Shown here: piece after piece, positions 36,141-40,227 of the stretch
Layout: the number at the start of each line of letters is the position of its first letter
Position numbering within the stretch: the stretch's first letter is position 1
NCBI RefSeq assembly: GCF_004010195.1
Contig: NC_057718.1
Coordinates: 47,518,272-47,558,498, forward strand
Direction: 5' to 3'
Source of the DNA: Chiloscyllium plagiosum
Taxonomy: Eukaryota
Length of the DNA: 40,227 nucleotides
Notes under the pieces: generated by a model
The model's database searches: none
The model's input: the letters and a program-made list of their open reading frames with translations, nothing else
What the model was told of the DNA's origin: nothing
Made by a program: the position numbers and the translations under genes

Positions 36141-37700
36141 GGTAAGGACATGAAAGGTGAATGGTCAGCTTGTTTCTGTGCTTTCTGATTAGTACTGAGG
36201 ACTTTTGGGCTTAACTTTTAATTTTAAAAGAACCATGACATTCAAATTTTGCATTTTCATCAAACTATCAGAACACTAGTCTGGTGTCCAGCGTATTGGA
36301 ATAGCACTGTGTGGAGTCTCCAATATTATCTTGGTCACAAAGCCTCTCCATCATAATCAGTGATCCGTGACCTTGTCACGGATGTAACAATTAAAAACAC
36401 TCTGGCCTACCTCGCATCTTCCTCCCCCATAAGCTCTCCAACAACTTTTCTGGGCACATTCTATTCTGTACCAAACCTCACCCCTTCACTAAACAATGGC
36501 CTAGTCAACAAAAGTTTAGCATTCTCATCCTCTGTTTAATTCCCACGACTGTATGCAAATCATACTATAACTACTAATGGTAGCCTCCCTCAGGACAGTA
36601 CTGAAGAGAAAGGAACTGCATCATCACTAATTTGTTACCAACAATGAACATGAGAACCACTCTGCTATTGCTTCACATTGTATTCTTTCTCACTAGCAAA
36701 TGGACTGAGCTCCATGGAAAGATGTAACATTTGTACCGGTAACGAGACTTGTGTGTACTTTGCTGATTGACTCACCGATTTCTTAAGTGCATCCATGACA
36801 TCTGGTGGCAGGAAATAATATTGCATGGCAAATGTGAACCCTGCCAAATGAAATCTTGTGCAAAAGGAGGAGGACATGTGCAGATTTACAGTACGTTTGC
36901 AAATATGCTGTCAGTGAAATTATTAATCGAATGCATCTTCCACTTAATGATATTGGATAAAGTTAATGCTGGTCAGGACCTTGAAGAAAAGTACTCTCCA
37001 AATCCTTTGAAATCTTTTATATTCACCTACAAGGGCTGCTAGAATCTTGGCTTGACATCTCCTTTAAAAGATGGTAACTTGGCAATATCTCATTCCCTTG
37101 GTATAGCACTGTCGTAGCAGCCTCCATTATATTTCCAATAAGAATTGTAATTTGCTTTCTGCAATTCTTGTTAAAATGTGATAATTAAATAAGTCCTTTC
37201 CCCACTGTTCTAACAACCAACTCACCATTGCCATTCCACCTGCCAGAAATACTAGTGTTAGATTTGATTTTATTTGTGAATTGGAGAAAATTTAAGTACT
37301 GTGCATCTGCTATTTGTCATTACTTTGTAATAAAATGTATTTGAAAGTTGAAACCTATTCCACATTTGAAAGGCTGAAAGTGGCAGTTGAAATAAAACAT
37401 CAGCTGTAATCTTATTGAATGTTAGAACCGGCTCAAGAGTTCAAATGACCTGCTCCTATTTCCTATTTGTTACAATAAATTTGATAAAGTAGGAAATGTT
37501 ACATCCCCATCTCCTTGCTAGTTTTCCACACTGATGATGAAATATTAATTTGTGTTTTAGTGTTTAGATTTCAAGCTAGCAGCATATGTGTGTCGGTCTA
37601 TTTTTGCAAAGAGGCTTAAAACTAACTAGACCAGCCTTTCCAGAACCATGATCTAAACCAGTATATGCTTCCTGGAGTGTTATTTTAAGTTTGTTAATAA

Positions 37701-38337
37701 TGTGACGAGTTTACGATTGGAAAAAAAACATAAAGCTGTTAGCTTAGCAGCAGCAAGGATACATGTGTCTTTTTTCCATGGGATTTGAGCAGCTGAAATT
37801 GGGGTCAGCAACAAATATAACCTTTTCACAAAAAGATGTTGTTCAGAGCTGTTGAGAGCTATAGGTTACCACAGTGTAAGGCTTGAATTTTGTGAAAACT
37901 TCCAGCGCAGGTGCATTTGGTTAAAAATCTGCAATGTTTGTTCAAAGTTGAGAACATGTAAAGTCTGAGTTGTGTATCCAAGGAAGAGGCTTCACAGCTC
38001 ACAGGACCACGACTTTACAACAACGTACAGTTTTGATAGGATTTAATTTCTGTAGGTTTTTGAGTAACTGTAAAGTGATGGTGTTGGGGCATAGTCAGGA
38101 TTTTGTTTTGCTATATGTTTGAATATATTTTAAGCTGTGTTATATGTGGATGTTTTGATTTGTATTATTTTATGTTTATTTCTTTTATGTAACAAACTTT
38201 ATTGTTCAAACCAAATCTGCAGACTTGTGTGTTTCGTATTGTAGTGAAAGTCATGTTAAACTAGATAGATATCTGCCATGACAGATTTCATTCTGGGATC
38301 TGGGCTGTCTAGTAGTAACATCAGATGGAATCATAAC
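37701..38337 (+). mobile_element. Possible degenerate solo LTR
   Basis: TGTGACGA...TCATAACA termini form an imperfect inverted repeat; no TSD seen. Confidence 0.35.
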
Positions 38338-38527
38338 ACAGTGTTTACCTTATTATTTGAGAGATTGGTGGGGGGTGGTGGTCAACTTACTTCTGGGCCT
38401 TTACATTTTATGTTCCCCATTAAATTCCCTATGAGTTGGAAGCTGGTGCTGAACTGCATAGAGCATTTGAAATTTTAATCATTCTGGAATGACTAGTGTG
38501 CTGAATGTGTCTCAATCTATTTCACAG

Positions 38528-38682
38528 GAATAGCACTGTATCCTGGTGAGGCTGAACTCTTGAGCTGTAAGCACCATTATCATGATCATGTTGAATTTAT
38601 GGCAAATCCAGGTCAACGAGGAGAAATAGCCTGTACTAAGGAATATGTCAGTTACACAGACCCATACAGAAACAACACACTG
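38528..38682 (+). CDS. PACC1: Proton-activated chloride channel, coding exon 4 (extracellular domain)
   Basis: Acceptor ctatttcacag; 155 bp encoding (G)IALYPGEAELLSCKHHYHDHVEFMANPGQRGEIACTKEYVSYTDPYRNNTL, matching human GIALYPGQAQLLSCKHHY...YTDPFSNQTV. Donor CTG|GTAAAT. Not present in the supplied ORF track. Confidence 0.95.
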
Positions 38683-38999
38683 GTAAATAATAGCTTCCAT
38701 CTTTTGATTTAACTCTTTTGGGGTTACGATTATAGGTTCTCAATTGACCAATATCCATTTGTTGCACTAGAGATGAATCGATGCATTTTATAGAGTGCTC
38801 TTGTTGATTCTTTCTGTGATGATTTAAATATGATATGTATTTTAGCAGCTGGAACATTTATGGTTACTAAATTTTAATTTTCTTATTGTGGGCTACAATT
38901 TCCAGCCAATTTTATGTAGTTGTAAATATCTGAAACTTGTTTTAATGACAATCAAATGGGAAACAAAACATTGGACTAGGATATTTGAAGTGCTGATTG

Positions 39000-39340
39000 G
39001 CATGGCTCATTTGGTGGTGCTTCTATTGACCAGTCTTATCTCAGTGATGGAAGTCCCACTTTTGAGTTGAAGTTGCAGATACAAACCTTGCTCCAGCAAC
39101 TTGAACACACAATCTAGTCTGAAGCTAAAGTGCAGTATGCAGTACTGCGAATGTCACAGAAATCCTAACTTTTGGGCGAGATGTTAAGTCAAAGCCCTGC
39201 AATATTCACCAATAGTTATTCCTCACCAACCATCATTGAACTATATTTTACAAACGCCACCTTTGTGACACCTTACTGTGTGCAAATTGTTTGCCACATT
39301 TCCCAATATTAGAGCAGTGACTAAACTTCAATTACTTTAA
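39000..39340 (+). mobile_element. Ancient Deu-domain SINE (SacSINE1-like), degenerate
   Basis: ttgaacacacaatctagtctga...gtgcagta...gagatgttaa...tgtgtgcaaattg...cagtgact resembles the recalled DeuSINE consensus. A possible antisense remnant lies at about 36850-37130. Confidence 0.55.
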
Positions 39341-39399
39341 CCTGTCTATGCTGACTTCTTGCTGATTTGGGCAGTCACGTTACTGGGACATTAACAATT

Positions 39400-39920
39400 T
39401 GGATTTATATAATGGCTTTAACAAAGTAAAGTATTCCAAGGTACTTCACAGAAGTATTGTCACACACAATGTGACACTGAATTACATGAGCTATTAGTAA
39501 AGGTGACCAAAAGCATGACCAAAGTGGTATATTTTAAGGAACAACTTAAAAAGAGGAGACAGTGGTGGAGAGGTAAATATAGTTCAGTCAGGGAATTCCA
39601 GAGTTGAGGATTAATCACTGCTACCAGTGGTGGTGAGATGAAACCAGTATGTAAAATTGGCCAAAATTGGCCAAATACCAAGAAGGGTTCTGGGATTGGA
39701 GAAGATTACAGAGATAGGATGGGGCAAAGTCATGGAAGGATTGAAAATAAGGATGAATGGGTATTTTTAAAATTCAGGGATTGTCAAACAAGAACGCTTT
39801 GTAGTTTAACTGTCAGGACAGTGGAGAATTTGGGACCAGGTGTCAATTAGATTATGGATTGCAAAAGCAGAGATGAGGGGGTTCAGCAACAGGTGACCCT
39901 GAATCAGGGTCAAGAGTATT
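39400..39920 (-). mobile_element. Degenerate L2-like LINE 3' end
   Basis: Minus-strand PQLWNSL followed by an L2-type 3' UTR. Similar sense remnants at about 1780-2140 and 15550-16010. Confidence 0.5.
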
Positions 39921-39962
39921 AGTGGGTAGTTTTACTCACAAAGCACAAAGTGCTTCATGCAA

Positions 39963-40227
39963 ATAGAGTCATAGAGATGTACAGCATGGAAACAGACCCT
40001 TCGGTCCAACCCATCCATGCCGACCAGATATCCCAACCCAATCTAGTCCCACCTGCCAGCACCCGGCCCATATTCCTCCAAACCCTTCCTATTCATATAC
40101 ACATCCAAATGCCTCTTAAATGTTGCAATTGTACCAGCCTCCACCACATCCTCTGGCAGCTCATTCCATACACGTACCACCCTCTGTGTGAAAAAGTTGC
40201 CCCTTAGGTCTCTTTTATATCTTTCCC
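39963..40227 (-). mobile_element. CR1 3' end (runs off the window)
   Basis: Reverse complement of about 29145-29414. Confidence 0.95.

Overview
Repeat-rich vertebrate DNA, very likely from a shark (inferred from HE1-type and Deu-type SINEs and abundant CR1 and Penelope families). Two genes lie head-to-head: NENF (neudesin; coding exon 1 on the minus strand, 4494-4655) and PACC1/TMEM206 (proton-activated chloride channel; plus-strand coding exons 1-4 at 11325-11372, 13447-13543, 16255-16464 and 38528-38682, continuing beyond the window). Each gene has its own promoter-proximal array of CCAAT boxes with about 30-35 bp periodicity. Most of the remainder is retroelements: CR1, L2 and Tx1/L1 fragments, SINEs, putative solo LTRs and Penelope-like elements (PLEs). 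The most notable signal is a set of short, non-coding, foldback PLE-type inserts carrying minimal hammerhead ribozyme (HHR) cores, from four sequence families. They include an intact sense/antisense HHR pair with a 15-bp target-site duplication next to the NENF promoter, and a sister copy that starts at the predicted self-cleavage site. All calls are by eye. Repeat boundaries are approximate and homologies are from recall, not database searches.
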